Notes: generated from the letters alone by a model not told the origin. A stretch of DNA of 64,000 nt from a bacterium (GCA_919901855.1 CAKKQC010000010.1:43214-107213); one strand, 5' to 3'. Positions 19,174 to 28,952 are shown, counted from the first letter of the stretch. A program made the numbers and translations.

Positions 19174-20658
19174 ATGAAAAAGGTACTCGTTCTTGCCATC
19201 ATCGCCCTTGCGGCCGTCACGGTCGCCGGGAGCGTCTTTGCCGAAAGCCGGATCGTGGCGATGTCCGGCATCGTACGCGTCTCGCCGCCGGCCCAGCCCG
19301 GGAGCGAGACGTGGTCGCAGGCCGCGGTGGGGCAGCCCCTCGTCGCCGGAAGCCTCGTGATGACGGGCGAGAACAGCCGCGTTTCGATCGAGGTCAGCCC
19401 GGGCAACACGGTCCGGCTCCGGGGCAACGCCAAGATCGTGATCGGAGGTCCCCAGGGCCGGACGACGCGGTTCAAGCTGCTGTCGGGAGTCCTGCGCGGG
19501 GCGTTCAACCGGCTCACGGGCGGGGAACGGTTCGAGGTCGAATTCTCCTCCATGAGCGCCGTCGCGTCCGTGAAGGGCACGACGTTCGAGGCCGAGGAGG
19601 GCTCCAACGGGGCGAGCATCCGCACGCTCTTCGGCGCGATCGAGATGGCCCTGAGCGGAGGCTCCCAGAGCATCCCGCAGGGTTGCGGCCTCTTCGTGAC
19701 GCCGGGCGGCGTGATCCAGATCCGGCCGCTGACCGAGGGCGAGATCCAGGACGGGCTGGGCAAGGGCCAGGGCAACCGGCTGGATCTGCATGACTTCGTC
19801 CAGAACTCCCGGGACGCGGCCGCCGCGGACCAGGACATCATCGTCCAGATCCGGGAGGACGACTTCGCGGTCGGTCGGAGCCTCCGGGACGTGCACGGGA
19901 ACCTGGCGCGGGTCGACCAGCGGCTGGTCCGCCCCACCCCCTACTCGATCGAGTTCGTTAACATCGTGAAGCGGGATTCCTACCGTTACAACGGCAAGTT
20001 CTCGTACGCCGGCTCCCCGGGTCCCCGGTTCGACTACCTCATGGGCCGGATCGACTTCAACATGGGGCTCCCGGACAAGGTCGTGGCTTGGCCCGGGTTC
20101 TTCATGGACAACAAGGACACGCTCAAGGCGACGCACGCCTTCGTGGAGCTCGCCAACGGCCGCCTCGGGCACGCCACCCTGGTCGTCCGGCGGGACACGA
20201 ACTTCGGGGACAACGAAGGGGACGCTTTCAAGCTCAACGGCCTCCCCTTGATCGTGGACGGCGACGCCCCGACCACGGACGCCGACGGGCACGAGGCCGG
20301 CGACCTCTGGGCAACGACGGTCATGACGGCCTACGGCGACACGAACGCCAACGGGATCCTGGACCTGGGCGAGAAGACCCTGGCGAACCGGGTGGACCTC
20401 CGGATGGAGGCCTATGTGCTCAACGCGACCGGCAAAGTCCTGAATGTGGGCGACTTCACCGGGAACGCGCTCAACGATCCGTTCGGATTCGCGAAGACGG
20501 TGGCCATGGAGAGCATCCTGTCGTTCGCGGATTACCGGCCGGCGGGCACCGCCGTGGCGGCGGGGAACAACATCGACCTGATCGTCATCCCGGACCTCGT
20601 GATCGCGATCGCCGAGAGGTTCGGACCGAGCCTGGCGACGGTCGACACCGGCAACTGA
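19174..20658 (+). CDS. Secreted protein with N-terminal FecR-like domain
   Basis: RBS GGGAGGAG before ATG; signal peptide MKKVLVLAIIALAAVTVAGSVFA; FecR-like beta-rich N-terminal region; long C-terminal region of unknown function. Confidence 0.5.
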   Translation: MKKVLVLAIIALAAVTVAGSVFAESRIVAMSGIVRVSPPAQPGSETWSQAAVGQPLVAGSLVMTGENSRVSIEVSPGNTVRLRGNAKIVIGGPQGRTTRFKLLSGVLRGAFNRLTGGERFEVEFSSMSAVASVKGTTFEAEEGSNGASIRTLFGAIEMALSGGSQSIPQGCGLFVTPGGVIQIRPLTEGEIQDGLGKGQGNRLDLHDFVQNSRDAAAADQDIIVQIREDDFAVGRSLRDVHGNLARVDQRLVRPTPYSIEFVNIVKRDSYRYNGKFSYAGSPGPRFDYLMGRIDFNMGLPDKVVAWPGFFMDNKDTLKATHAFVELANGRLGHATLVVRRDTNFGDNEGDAFKLNGLPLIVDGDAPTTDADGHEAGDLWATTVMTAYGDTNANGILDLGEKTLANRVDLRMEAYVLNATGKVLNVGDFTGNALNDPFGFAKTVAMESILSFADYRPAGTAVAAGNNIDLIVIPDLVIAIAERFGPSLATVDTGN

Positions 20659-20674
20659 TCCCGGAGGCCCTGAG

Positions 20675-21436
20675 ATGAACCACGTGATTCGAGCGCTATC
20701 CCTGTGTTTCGCGGTCGTCTGGGCGTCCGCGGCTCCCGCGTCGATCAAGAACGAGCTGATCCGGATCGGCGAGGCTGTCCTCACGAAGATCGCGCTCGAC
20801 CCGGCGGACTTCCTCTTCGACATCCACCTGAACGCGGAGGATCGCACGCCCCTCCCGATCGACAAGGACGGCCAGGTTGGGATGAATGTCTTCCCGGCCC
20901 TGATCCCGTTTACGGAGGTAAACCTCTCGGGAAAGGCCAAGCTGCACCGGGAACACGCGGGATGGCCGCAGATCGATATCAACTTCGGAGGGTGGAACTC
21001 GATCGCGGGCATGGTGGCGAGTGGCATGGTCGAGGACTTCAAGGGCGGGCTGTACGGATACCACGGCGGAATCTCGGCGGCCGTTTCCGCGGACCCGCGG
21101 CTGCGGCTCTTTGGGGGATACGAGTTCTCCCAGATGCGCGTCGACGTGACCGTCAACTTCAAGGACTCCTCGACGAGTACGGGAACGGGGTTCGACCTCC
21201 AGAACTCGCTCTCGCACCTGAACGTGGGGAAGACCGAGCACTTCCTGTTCGCGGGCGCCGAGGTGCTCAGGTCCGCGCGGAAGCGGCTCGTGGCGGAGGT
21301 CGGATACGGAGTCGTCAGCAACAAGCTGATGGCGCGGCTGACCTGGTCCTCCAAGAACTTCGACAGCGGATTCGTCTTCTTCCCCGAGAGTGCATGGGTC
21401 TTGTGGCCGGTGTGGAACTTCCAGGTGCGGTTCTGA
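20675..21436 (+). CDS. Hypothetical secreted protein, possible outer-membrane beta-barrel
   Basis: N-terminal signal peptide; alternating beta-strand-like pattern; C-terminal residue Phe. Confidence 0.45.
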   Translation: MNHVIRALSLCFAVVWASAAPASIKNELIRIGEAVLTKIALDPADFLFDIHLNAEDRTPLPIDKDGQVGMNVFPALIPFTEVNLSGKAKLHREHAGWPQIDINFGGWNSIAGMVASGMVEDFKGGLYGYHGGISAAVSADPRLRLFGGYEFSQMRVDVTVNFKDSSTSTGTGFDLQNSLSHLNVGKTEHFLFAGAEVLRSARKRLVAEVGYGVVSNKLMARLTWSSKNFDSGFVFFPESAWVLWPVWNFQVRF

Positions 21437-22866
21437 TGCGTTCCGTGGTGCTCACCGCGCTCGTTCTTGTGCATGGTATGGCCATGGCCGCCGACGCTGG
21501 CAAGCAGGGCGGGGCCGCGCCCGCGACACCGGCTGCTGCCGCTCCGGCTGTTGAGAAGCCCGCCGCCGCGCCCGCGGCGGATGTCGCGACGGCGACCGCT
21601 CCGGTGGCCACAACCGCAACCGCGACGGCAACGGCGGCTCCCGTCCAGGCGTCCGCAGCGGACGTCGCCGCGGACATAGCGGCGGACGAGGCGGCGGACG
21701 CCGCCGCCGAGGCCGGGACGAAGCGGGGCCTGGTGCCGTTCTATGCGTTCCATTTCAGCGAGGGATTGAGTCTGCCCAACATCGGCGGATTCTTCTTCGG
21801 GAACAAGATCGGGTCCACGGTCGGGGGGAAGGTCGTCCTCACGCCCGAGCAGAGCCTGTTCGGGGCCTACGAGCTGAGCTATGAGGGACCGGGCATGCGC
21901 GCCCAGGAGGGCCACGAGTTCCGGGAGCGTTCGATCGACCATTCGATCTCGGCCGGTCACGCCTGGAAGGTGTCGCCCGCGTACGTCGTGAGCTCCAGGA
22001 TCCAGTACATGAACGAGTTCCGCCGGACGGGCGCGAACGAGTCGTTCGGCAACGGGCTTTACGACTACTGGTCGCTGGGCCTCGCGGAGCGCGTGGACCT
22101 CGGGATCGTCCCGGGCGTGCCGCTGGGGGCCGGCCTCGCCTACGCCTACGTCCGGTTCCCGAACTACACCGACCTCCTGCAGGAGTTCATGTCCGCATCG
22201 GTCAACTCCGAGCTGTCCGGGGGCCAGCAGGATTACCACCGGATCCGGTTCGATGCGGACGGCAGGTTCGGAGGGGACCGCGGGCGCGGCTGGCTGTCGG
22301 TCTCGATGCTGGATTTCATCAAGGCGAGGGTCGTCACGGGCTTCGGCACCGCGGCCGGGCCGAGGCAGGTCGATTACGTGACGGAGCTCGGCGGATCGTG
22401 GAAGGCCGCGGTCGCCCAGACGGATTCCATGGCGATGACGGCGGAACCCGTGCTCCGGGTGACGATGCGGAACTCGAACCAGAACTTCCTGCGGTTCCGG
22501 CACTTCGGCGACACGCTGCCGTCCTTCATCAAGGGCAACTACAACTACGTCTCGCCGTCGCTCGGGGTTCCCGTGCGGTGGGAATGGAAGAACGGGCGAT
22601 CGCTCTTCTTCGCGCCGACCTACGCCCTGCTCGCCTACGGATCGCGGCCCCCGCGCGACACGGCCAACGAGTACCGGGTGGGCAAGAAGCAGTTGAACCA
22701 GACGCTGATCCTCGCGATGGGTTACACGTCGAAGTTCTACGCCTACTCGTCGTGGACGTTCGGGTACGCGGTGCAGGTACAGAAGTCGAACAACCGGTTC
22801 GAGAAGTTCCTGCCGTACAACTACACCGGGCATCTCTTCTACACGTCGCTAGATATCACATACTAG
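21436..22866 (+). CDS. Hypothetical secreted protein, possible outer-membrane beta-barrel, with Ala/Thr/Pro-rich N-terminal linker
   Basis: TGATG overlap with upstream gene; signal peptide; low-complexity A/T/P linker; aromatic-rich body ending in Tyr. Confidence 0.45.
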   Translation: MRSVVLTALVLVHGMAMAADAGKQGGAAPATPAAAAPAVEKPAAAPAADVATATAPVATTATATATAAPVQASAADVAADIAADEAADAAAEAGTKRGLVPFYAFHFSEGLSLPNIGGFFFGNKIGSTVGGKVVLTPEQSLFGAYELSYEGPGMRAQEGHEFRERSIDHSISAGHAWKVSPAYVVSSRIQYMNEFRRTGANESFGNGLYDYWSLGLAERVDLGIVPGVPLGAGLAYAYVRFPNYTDLLQEFMSASVNSELSGGQQDYHRIRFDADGRFGGDRGRGWLSVSMLDFIKARVVTGFGTAAGPRQVDYVTELGGSWKAAVAQTDSMAMTAEPVLRVTMRNSNQNFLRFRHFGDTLPSFIKGNYNYVSPSLGVPVRWEWKNGRSLFFAPTYALLAYGSRPPRDTANEYRVGKKQLNQTLILAMGYTSKFYAYSSWTFGYAVQVQKSNNRFEKFLPYNYTGHLFYTSLDITY

Positions 22867-22887
22867 CCTGATATAATCTCCCCGTTG

Positions 22888-22960
22888 GGGGCAGTAGCTC
22901 AGTTGGGAGAGCGCGTCGTTCGCAACGACGAGGTCACCGGTTCAATCCCGGTCTGCTCCA
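22888..22960 (+). tRNA. tRNA-Ala (anticodon CGC)
   Basis: 73-nt cloverleaf: acceptor GGGGCAG/CTGCTCC with G3:U70, D-arm GCTC-AGTTGGGA-GAGC, anticodon loop TTCGCAA, T-arm ACCGG-TTCAATC-CCGGT; CCA not encoded. Confidence 0.9.
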
Positions 22961-22973
22961 CGTCATTGTGGCC

Positions 22974-23561
22974 ATGCTGAATGATGCGGTGTTGCTCCTG
23001 AACTCGACGTACGAGCCGCTGAACGTGATCAACGTGAAGCGGGCCCTTCGGCTCGTCCTGACTCGCAAGGCCGACCCCGTCGAGGCCGACGGCGCGATCG
23101 TACACACGATCACGAGGTCGTTTCCGCTGCCGGTCGTGGTGCGGCTGGCCTACTACGTGCGGCGGCCCAACCAGCGGGTGAAGTTCACGAAGCGGACCGT
23201 GCTCGCGCGGGACCAGCACACGTGCCAGTACTGCGGCGCGCAGACGCGCGACCTCACGCTCGACCACGTCCTGCCGAAGACGCTGGGCGGTGAGACAATC
23301 TGGACCAACGTCGTGGCGGCCTGCAAGAAGTGCAACGGCGCGAAGGGCGGCCGCACGCTGAAGGAGGCGGGGCTCAAGCTCCGGCGCGCGCCCCGCGAGC
23401 CGCGGTTCCTGCCGTACCTGCGGCTGGTCAAGAACTCCTACCAGCGGGCCTGGGACAAGTACCTGTTCACGGACCCCGAGAGCCCGTTCCTGCTGCGCGG
23501 TCCCCTGCCCGTGGCCGTCCCGGGCCGCGTGCATCGCCGCACCGCTCCCGCGTTGGCCTGA
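22974..23561 (+). CDS. HNH endonuclease
   Basis: Conserved N-terminus LLLNSTYEPLNVI; HNH core CQYCG...LTLDHVLPK...GGET...W.N.V.AC..CN..K. Confidence 0.8.
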   Translation: MLNDAVLLLNSTYEPLNVINVKRALRLVLTRKADPVEADGAIVHTITRSFPLPVVVRLAYYVRRPNQRVKFTKRTVLARDQHTCQYCGAQTRDLTLDHVLPKTLGGETIWTNVVAACKKCNGAKGGRTLKEAGLKLRRAPREPRFLPYLRLVKNSYQRAWDKYLFTDPESPFLLRGPLPVAVPGRVHRRTAPALA

Positions 23562-23566
23562 CGACC

Positions 23567-24871
23567 GTGCCGTTTCAGGCGTGGGCGATCCCGTGGCTGG
23601 GTAACGAGCTCCCGAGGGCCGTCGTGGGCTATCTCTTTGCCGTGGCCTGCTACTTCACCGTGGGGGCGAGCCTGCTCATGGTCGTGCTCGAGCACCGGGC
23701 GCAGCGCGAAGGGAACCAGTTCCTGCTTTCGTTCCTCCAGGATTGGAGCCGGTTCATCCTGCTCATGACGACGGTCCTCGGGCTCGTGCTCGCGGCGGGG
23801 GCGTGGCTGGTCGCCGCCGTCACCGAGCCGGCGGCGGTATTCGTCCTGACGCGGGTGTTGTTCTGGGTCTGGGGCATTCTCTGGGTGCTTGCCGGGCTGG
23901 CGCTGTGCTCCGGCCTCCTGCACTACAGCGGGTGGGGGGCCGTGGCGCCCGGGCACCACCTCGTGGTCGGTTGGGTGATGGCGGGCTGCGCCTGGGGCTC
24001 GCTGTTCGTGGTCAACGGCATCCTCGCCTTCCTCCTGGATCCCGGAGCCTGGCTGGAGACCGGCCGTCTGCTGGACGGCTTCTTTAACGCGACGTTCAAC
24101 CCGTCGCTCCTCGTGCATGCCGGTCTCGCGCTCGGCATCGGCGGCCTCTTCACCCTCGTGGCCGGGGCCGAGACCGACCCGCCCCGCCTGCGGTCCGTGC
24201 TCGTCCGAACGGCCTCGTGGTTCGCGCTGGCCGGGTTCACGCTCGCGCCGGTCGGGGAGGCGTGGCAGGTCGCCGTCATGCCGCCGGCGGCGCGCGAGGC
24301 GTTGTTCGGGCCGTCGGGGCACGGTCCCGGCGTGTTCGCGATCGGTCCCGCGCTCGCGATCCTGATCGTCGCCTTCCTGGCCACCGGGCCGCTCGTGCGG
24401 ACGGCCGTCACGCCCCGGCCGCTGGCGTTCCTGCTCCTCCTGCTCGGATTGGCCGCCGCGGGCGTGAGCGGCTGGTCGCGCGAGGCCGCGCGCGCCCCCT
24501 GGGTGATCTCCGGGTATCTCCAGGTCAACGGACTGGGGCCCCGGGAAGCTAATGCCGCGCGCGTCGAGGGCTTCCTGCGCCGGGCCCGGTACGCCCGCTC
24601 GCGGACGACCGCGAACGCGGCTGCCGGGGAACCCGCGTCCGCGGGTCAGGAACTCTTCCGGTTCCAGTGCGGGTGCTGCCACACGACCACCGGGGTGCGC
24701 GGCCTGCGCCGCATCGTGCAGGGGTGGGATGTCGAGACGATCGACCACCAGCTTGGACGCCTCGAGAAGCTGCGGGGGGTGATGCCGGCATTCGCCGGGA
24801 CGGACGCCGAGCGCCGGGCGTTGGCGCGCTGGCTCGCGTCCCTGGCGGTCCCGAAGGGGGGGAAGCCGTGA
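23567..24871 (+). CDS. Polytopic membrane protein with C-terminal c-type cytochrome domain
   Basis: Multiple TM helices followed by FQCGCCHTTTG (CxxCH heme-binding motif) and a downstream Met (GVMPAF); start codon uncertain (GTG 23567). Confidence 0.55.
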   Translation: MPFQAWAIPWLGNELPRAVVGYLFAVACYFTVGASLLMVVLEHRAQREGNQFLLSFLQDWSRFILLMTTVLGLVLAAGAWLVAAVTEPAAVFVLTRVLFWVWGILWVLAGLALCSGLLHYSGWGAVAPGHHLVVGWVMAGCAWGSLFVVNGILAFLLDPGAWLETGRLLDGFFNATFNPSLLVHAGLALGIGGLFTLVAGAETDPPRLRSVLVRTASWFALAGFTLAPVGEAWQVAVMPPAAREALFGPSGHGPGVFAIGPALAILIVAFLATGPLVRTAVTPRPLAFLLLLLGLAAAGVSGWSREAARAPWVISGYLQVNGLGPREANAARVEGFLRRARYARSRTTANAAAGEPASAGQELFRFQCGCCHTTTGVRGLRRIVQGWDVETIDHQLGRLEKLRGVMPAFAGTDAERRALARWLASLAVPKGGKP

Positions 24872-26040
24872 GCGGCGTGCCCGGTCCCGGCCTGTTCCCG
24901 CTTCCCGCATCGCCGGGAGTCCTGCGGGGACTCGAGCTCGCGATGGCCGTCGTGGCGGCGGTTCCCGCGTCGCTCGCCCTGGGGTGGCCCGTGCTCACGC
25001 TCGTCGCGGAAGCCGTCGGGCGGGGCGGCGCGGAGATCTCGCTGCGGCGCCTCGCCGCCTGGCTCGCGCGCCGGACGCCCGGCGCGGTCGTGCTCGCGAT
25101 CGGGCTCGCGTTCCCGCCCTTCCTGCTCGGCCTCGCGCTCTACGGGGAGGCCGTCCTGAGCGCGGCCGCGCAGATGGCGTGGTTGTGGCTGGCCGTGATC
25201 CCGCTCCTGTTCCTCGGCGTGGGATCGTCCTTCTGGGTGGCCCTGCGGCGCCGCGGCGCGGAACCGTCCACCCTGCGGCCCTTCCTGCCCGACGTCGTCG
25301 AGAGCTACATTCTCGCGTTCCGGCGGCGCGGGATCGAGCGGGCGGGCGCCGCGGTGACGGTCCTCTGCCTCGTGTCCCTGTTGGGCGTGGGGTTCGTCCT
25401 GGTGGCCCACGGCGTTCTCGTGGCCCGGCCCGACCTGTGGGGGCCGGTCGCGGGGATCCCCGACGGGTGGGGCCTGCCGCTGCGCGATCCCCAGCTCCTG
25501 CCCCGCCTGCTGTTCGCCCTGCTCGGGGCGCTGGCGCTCTCGGGGTTCGCGGTGGCCTGGCACGGCGCGGACCGGGAGGCGGCCGGCGAGGCGGCCTACG
25601 GGCGGGCCGCGCTCCGGTTCGGGGTCGTGTGGTTCGGCGCCGCGACGGCGCTGGAGCTGCTCGCGGCCGTCTGGCTCGTCCTGTCCCTGCCCGGCCCGGT
25701 GGGGAAGGCCGCGCTGGCGGGCGGGGCGGGGTCCCTGCTGTGGACGGCATTGGGGGCGGCGGTCGCGGCCGTGACGCTGGCCGTCGTGGCCGCCGCCGCC
25801 GAGGAGCCGCGCCAGTACGTGCTGGGGGCGGCCGTCGCGGTGGCGGTGTCGCTGATCGCCGAGACGGCGGTTCGACAGCGGATCAGGGACGCGGCGCTCG
25901 CCGGCATCCCGGACATCGCGCTGCGCGCCGGCATGCTCCAGCCGGGGTCCATGATGCTGTTCATCGTGGTCTCGGTCCTGGGCGCCGGGCTGGTCGCGTA
26001 TCTCCTCTGGGCCACCTCGGGATCCCGCCGCGCCTTCTGA
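24868..26040 (+). CDS. Polytopic membrane protein, unknown function
   Basis: GTGA overlap with upstream gene; ~10 predicted hydrophobic helices; no recognisable motif. Confidence 0.45.
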   Translation: MSGVPGPGLFPLPASPGVLRGLELAMAVVAAVPASLALGWPVLTLVAEAVGRGGAEISLRRLAAWLARRTPGAVVLAIGLAFPPFLLGLALYGEAVLSAAAQMAWLWLAVIPLLFLGVGSSFWVALRRRGAEPSTLRPFLPDVVESYILAFRRRGIERAGAAVTVLCLVSLLGVGFVLVAHGVLVARPDLWGPVAGIPDGWGLPLRDPQLLPRLLFALLGALALSGFAVAWHGADREAAGEAAYGRAALRFGVVWFGAATALELLAAVWLVLSLPGPVGKAALAGGAGSLLWTALGAAVAAVTLAVVAAAAEEPRQYVLGAAVAVAVSLIAETAVRQRIRDAALAGIPDIALRAGMLQPGSMMLFIVVSVLGAGLVAYLLWATSGSRRAF

Positions 26041-26056
26041 GGCCGTTCCGCCTCCC

Positions 26057-26599
26057 GTGATCCTGTGCCTCGGCCTCTCCCTGCGGCAGGCGTCGTTCAA
26101 TGTCCGGTTGGCCCGCGCGGCCGCCACTCTGGTCCGCGAGGCCGGAGCCGGGGCGGAGCCGGTCGCGCTGCGCGACCTCGGGATTCCGCCATACGACGCC
26201 GATGTCGAGGCGACGCTGGGGATCCCCGCGCCGGTGCACGACCTGGCGGAGCGGGTTCGCTCCGCCCGCGGGGTGATCATCGCCTTCCCCGAGTACAACC
26301 GGGCGATGGCCGGCGTGGCCAAGAACGCGATCGACTGGCTCTCGCGCGTGCGACCGTACGTCTTTGAAGGCAAGCCCGCGCTCCTGCTCTCGGCCTCGTC
26401 GGGGCGGGGCGCCGGCGCCGCCGCCCTGGCGACGTCCCGCCCCATCCTGGAACACGTGGACGCCGTCGTGTACGCGGAGACGTTCGGGCTGGCGCGCGCG
26501 AAGGAGGCTTTCGACGAGGCGGGCGTGATCGCGGATCCGGAGACGGCCGTCCGCCTCCGCGCGGTCATCGCGGGCTGGCTCGCCTCGCTTCCTTCCTGA
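26057..26599 (+). CDS. NAD(P)H-dependent FMN reductase family protein
   Basis: N-terminus ILCLGLSLRQASFN matches the flavodoxin-like GSxRxxSxN pattern; ~180 aa. Confidence 0.65.
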   Translation: MILCLGLSLRQASFNVRLARAAATLVREAGAGAEPVALRDLGIPPYDADVEATLGIPAPVHDLAERVRSARGVIIAFPEYNRAMAGVAKNAIDWLSRVRPYVFEGKPALLLSASSGRGAGAAALATSRPILEHVDAVVYAETFGLARAKEAFDEAGVIADPETAVRLRAVIAGWLASLPS

Positions 26600-27866
26600 C
26601 CCCCAACGACAAGGCGCTGCCCGCGAGGAGCGTCACCGCGAGCGTCCACAACCCGGCCTGGTAGCTCCCCGTCCTGTCGCAGATCTTCCCGACGATCACG
26701 GGTCCAACGAACCCGCCGGCGTTGCCGACCGAGTTGATGAGGGCGATGCCGCCCGCGGCGGCAGTGCCGGTGAGGAAGGTGCCGGGCAGGCTCCAGAACG
26801 GCCCGAGGGTCCCCCAGATGCCGCCGGCCGCCACGCACAGGGCGGCGAGGGCGAGCCACGGGTGGGCCTGCTGGAAGACCCCGGCGGCGAGGAGGCCGCA
26901 GGCCCCCGCGGCCGCAGGTACGGCCACGTGCCAGCGCCGCTCGCCCACGGCGTCCGAGTGGTGGCCGATGGCGACGATCGAGACCGTGGCGGCGAGGTAG
27001 GGCAGGGCGGTCAGCACCGAGGCCTGCGCGTTCGTGAGCCCCCCGAAGCTCTTGAGGATCTGCGGCAGCCAGAAGACGACGCCGTAGTAGCTGATTATGA
27101 GGGCGAAGTAGGTCAGGCACAGGTGCCACACCCGCCCCGAGGTCAGCGCCGCGAGCAGGCCGGCCGCATGCTCCCCGCGGACGGTAGCGTGCTCGCGCGC
27201 GATGCGCGCGCGCAGCCAGGTCCGGTCGGCCCCGGGCAGCCAGGCCGCGTCCTCCACGCGGTCGTCGAGCCGCCGCAGGACGACGAGGCCGAGTAGGGCC
27301 GCCGGCAGCCCCTCGAGCAGGAATAGCCACTGCCAGCCCGCCAGACCGAGCGTCCCCTTCAGCCCCATGATCCATCCTGCCAGCGGCCCGCCGATCACGC
27401 CGGAGAGCGACGTCGAGGTCAGGAACCACGCCGAGGCCCGCGCCCGGTCGCGCGCCGGGATCCAGAACGTCAGGTAGTAGATGATGCCGGGGAAGAACCC
27501 CGCCTCGGCGAATCCCAGCAGGCACCGGAGGACGTAGAACCCGGTCGCGGTATGCACGAACACCATGCACGCCGTCAGGAGGCCCCAGGACACCATGATC
27601 CGCGCGATCCACCAGCGGGCGCCGACGGCCTCCAGGATCAGGTTGCTCGGGACCTCGAAGAAGACGTATCCGACGAAGAACATGCCCGCCCCCAGCCCGA
27701 AGACGGTCGCGCTGAACCCGAGGTCGACCCGCATCTCGAGGGCCGCGTAGCCGACGTTGACCCGGTCGATGTAGTTCATCATGTAGCAGAGGAAGAGGAA
27801 GGGGATCAGCCGCCACATCACCGTCGAGACGACGCGCTTCTCGCGAGCGATCGGGGACTCAGCCAC
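26565..27866 (-). CDS. MFS transporter (anion:cation symporter-like)
   Basis: 12 TM-like helices; MFS signature region LIPFLFLCYMMNYIDRVNVGYA; G-rich loops. Confidence 0.8.
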   Translation of the reverse strand: MAESPIAREKRVVSTVMWRLIPFLFLCYMMNYIDRVNVGYAALEMRVDLGFSATVFGLGAGMFFVGYVFFEVPSNLILEAVGARWWIARIMVSWGLLTACMVFVHTATGFYVLRCLLGFAEAGFFPGIIYYLTFWIPARDRARASAWFLTSTSLSGVIGGPLAGWIMGLKGTLGLAGWQWLFLLEGLPAALLGLVVLRRLDDRVEDAAWLPGADRTWLRARIAREHATVRGEHAAGLLAALTSGRVWHLCLTYFALIISYYGVVFWLPQILKSFGGLTNAQASVLTALPYLAATVSIVAIGHHSDAVGERRWHVAVPAAAGACGLLAAGVFQQAHPWLALAALCVAAGGIWGTLGPFWSLPGTFLTGTAAAGGIALINSVGNAGGFVGPVIVGKICDRTGSYQAGLWTLAVTLLAGSALSLGVRKEARRASPR

Positions 27867-28920
27867 CGGCGTCCTTGCGCAGGTGGACGACCCGCTGGGG
27901 GAACGGGATGTCGATGCCCCCCGCCTCGAGCCGGGTCTTGAGCGCGATGTTGACCTCGCTGCGCACGTCCAGCACGCGTTCGTACCGCGCGATCGTGTAC
28001 TCGATGACGAGCTGGAGGGCGGAATCGCCGAACTCGGTGAAATAGACCGCCGGCGGCGGGGTCTTGGCCACCTCCGGATGGCTCCCGACCGCGTCCAGGA
28101 TGAGCCGGCGCGCGCGCTCGACGTCCGTCGAGTAGCCGACCCCGATCGTCTGCCGGACCACGAGCGTGCCGTCGGGGCGGGCGTAGTTCGTGATGCTCTG
28201 CTTCACGAGGTCCGCGTTGGGGACCACGAGCAGGGTGCCGCCCAGGGTCTCGATGCGCGTGCTGCGCAGCCCGATCGTCCGGACGAATCCTCCCCGGCTG
28301 TCGGGCAGCTCGATCCGGTCCCCCACGCGGAAGGGGCGGTCCACCATGATCGCCAGTCCGCCGATCACGTTTGCGATCATCTCCTGCGCCGCCAGCGCGA
28401 TCGCGAGGGATATGACGCCGGCCGCGCCCAGGAGCGCCGTGACCTTGATGTTGTACGCCCCGAGGACGGCCGTCAGGGCGAAGAAGAAATACGCGAGCCG
28501 GGAGACCCAGCGCACGGCCGGCATCAACTGCTGGTCCAGCCGGGTCTCGGAGCCGCGGCTCAGCCGCTCGAGGTACCAGGCGGCGCCCTCTTCGGTGAGC
28601 CGGGTGCACAGCCATGCGGCCGCGAAGGCGGTCGAGAGCAGCAGCAGTCCGTGCAGGTACGGCGTCACGTGCGCGCCCGCGATCCGGGGGTTGGCGGTCA
28701 TGTCGTTGACGATCATGAGGAGGCCGCCCGCGAACACGAGCGCCTGGAGCGCCCTCTTGGCGGCGTGGGCGAGCCGGTCGTCGAGCTCCCCCTTGTGCCG
28801 CAGGGCGAGCGGGATCAGCACCCGCTCGACCAGGATGCCGAGAACCGATGCGACCGCGGCCAGGGCGGCCGCGATGCACCCCAGGATCACCCAGGGGTCG
28901 TTGAAGAGCTCACTCACCAT
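27859..28920 (-). CDS. Mechanosensitive ion channel, MscS family
   Basis: TM helices followed by conserved IANVIGGLAIMVDRPFRVGDRIE and beta-domain typical of MscS. Confidence 0.85.
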   Translation of the reverse strand: MVSELFNDPWVILGCIAAALAAVASVLGILVERVLIPLALRHKGELDDRLAHAAKRALQALVFAGGLLMIVNDMTANPRIAGAHVTPYLHGLLLLSTAFAAAWLCTRLTEEGAAWYLERLSRGSETRLDQQLMPAVRWVSRLAYFFFALTAVLGAYNIKVTALLGAAGVISLAIALAAQEMIANVIGGLAIMVDRPFRVGDRIELPDSRGGFVRTIGLRSTRIETLGGTLLVVPNADLVKQSITNYARPDGTLVVRQTIGVGYSTDVERARRLILDAVGSHPEVAKTPPPAVYFTEFGDSALQLVIEYTIARYERVLDVRSEVNIALKTRLEAGGIDIPFPQRVVHLRKDAGG

Positions 28921-28952
28921 GCGGGGTATGATACTCCAATCGGACCAGGGCG

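Noticed and set aside
19057-22833. 1258-aa ORF on the minus strand spanning the FecR-like and outer-membrane-like genes
   Set aside because: Translation is Arg/Pro/Gly/Asp-rich low-complexity sequence typical of antisense frames in high-GC DNA; the plus-strand genes have signal peptides, RBSs and coherent domain structure.
22888-23561. Integrase or transposase associated with tRNA-Ala or tRNA-Ser
   Set aside because: No ORF with tyrosine- or serine-recombinase or transposase signatures was found next to either tRNA; only an HNH endonuclease follows tRNA-Ala.
24646-27816. 1056-aa minus-strand ORF overlapping the membrane, FMN reductase and MFS genes
   Set aside because: Low-complexity R/G/P-rich translation with no motifs; it overlaps genes with clear family signatures on both strands.
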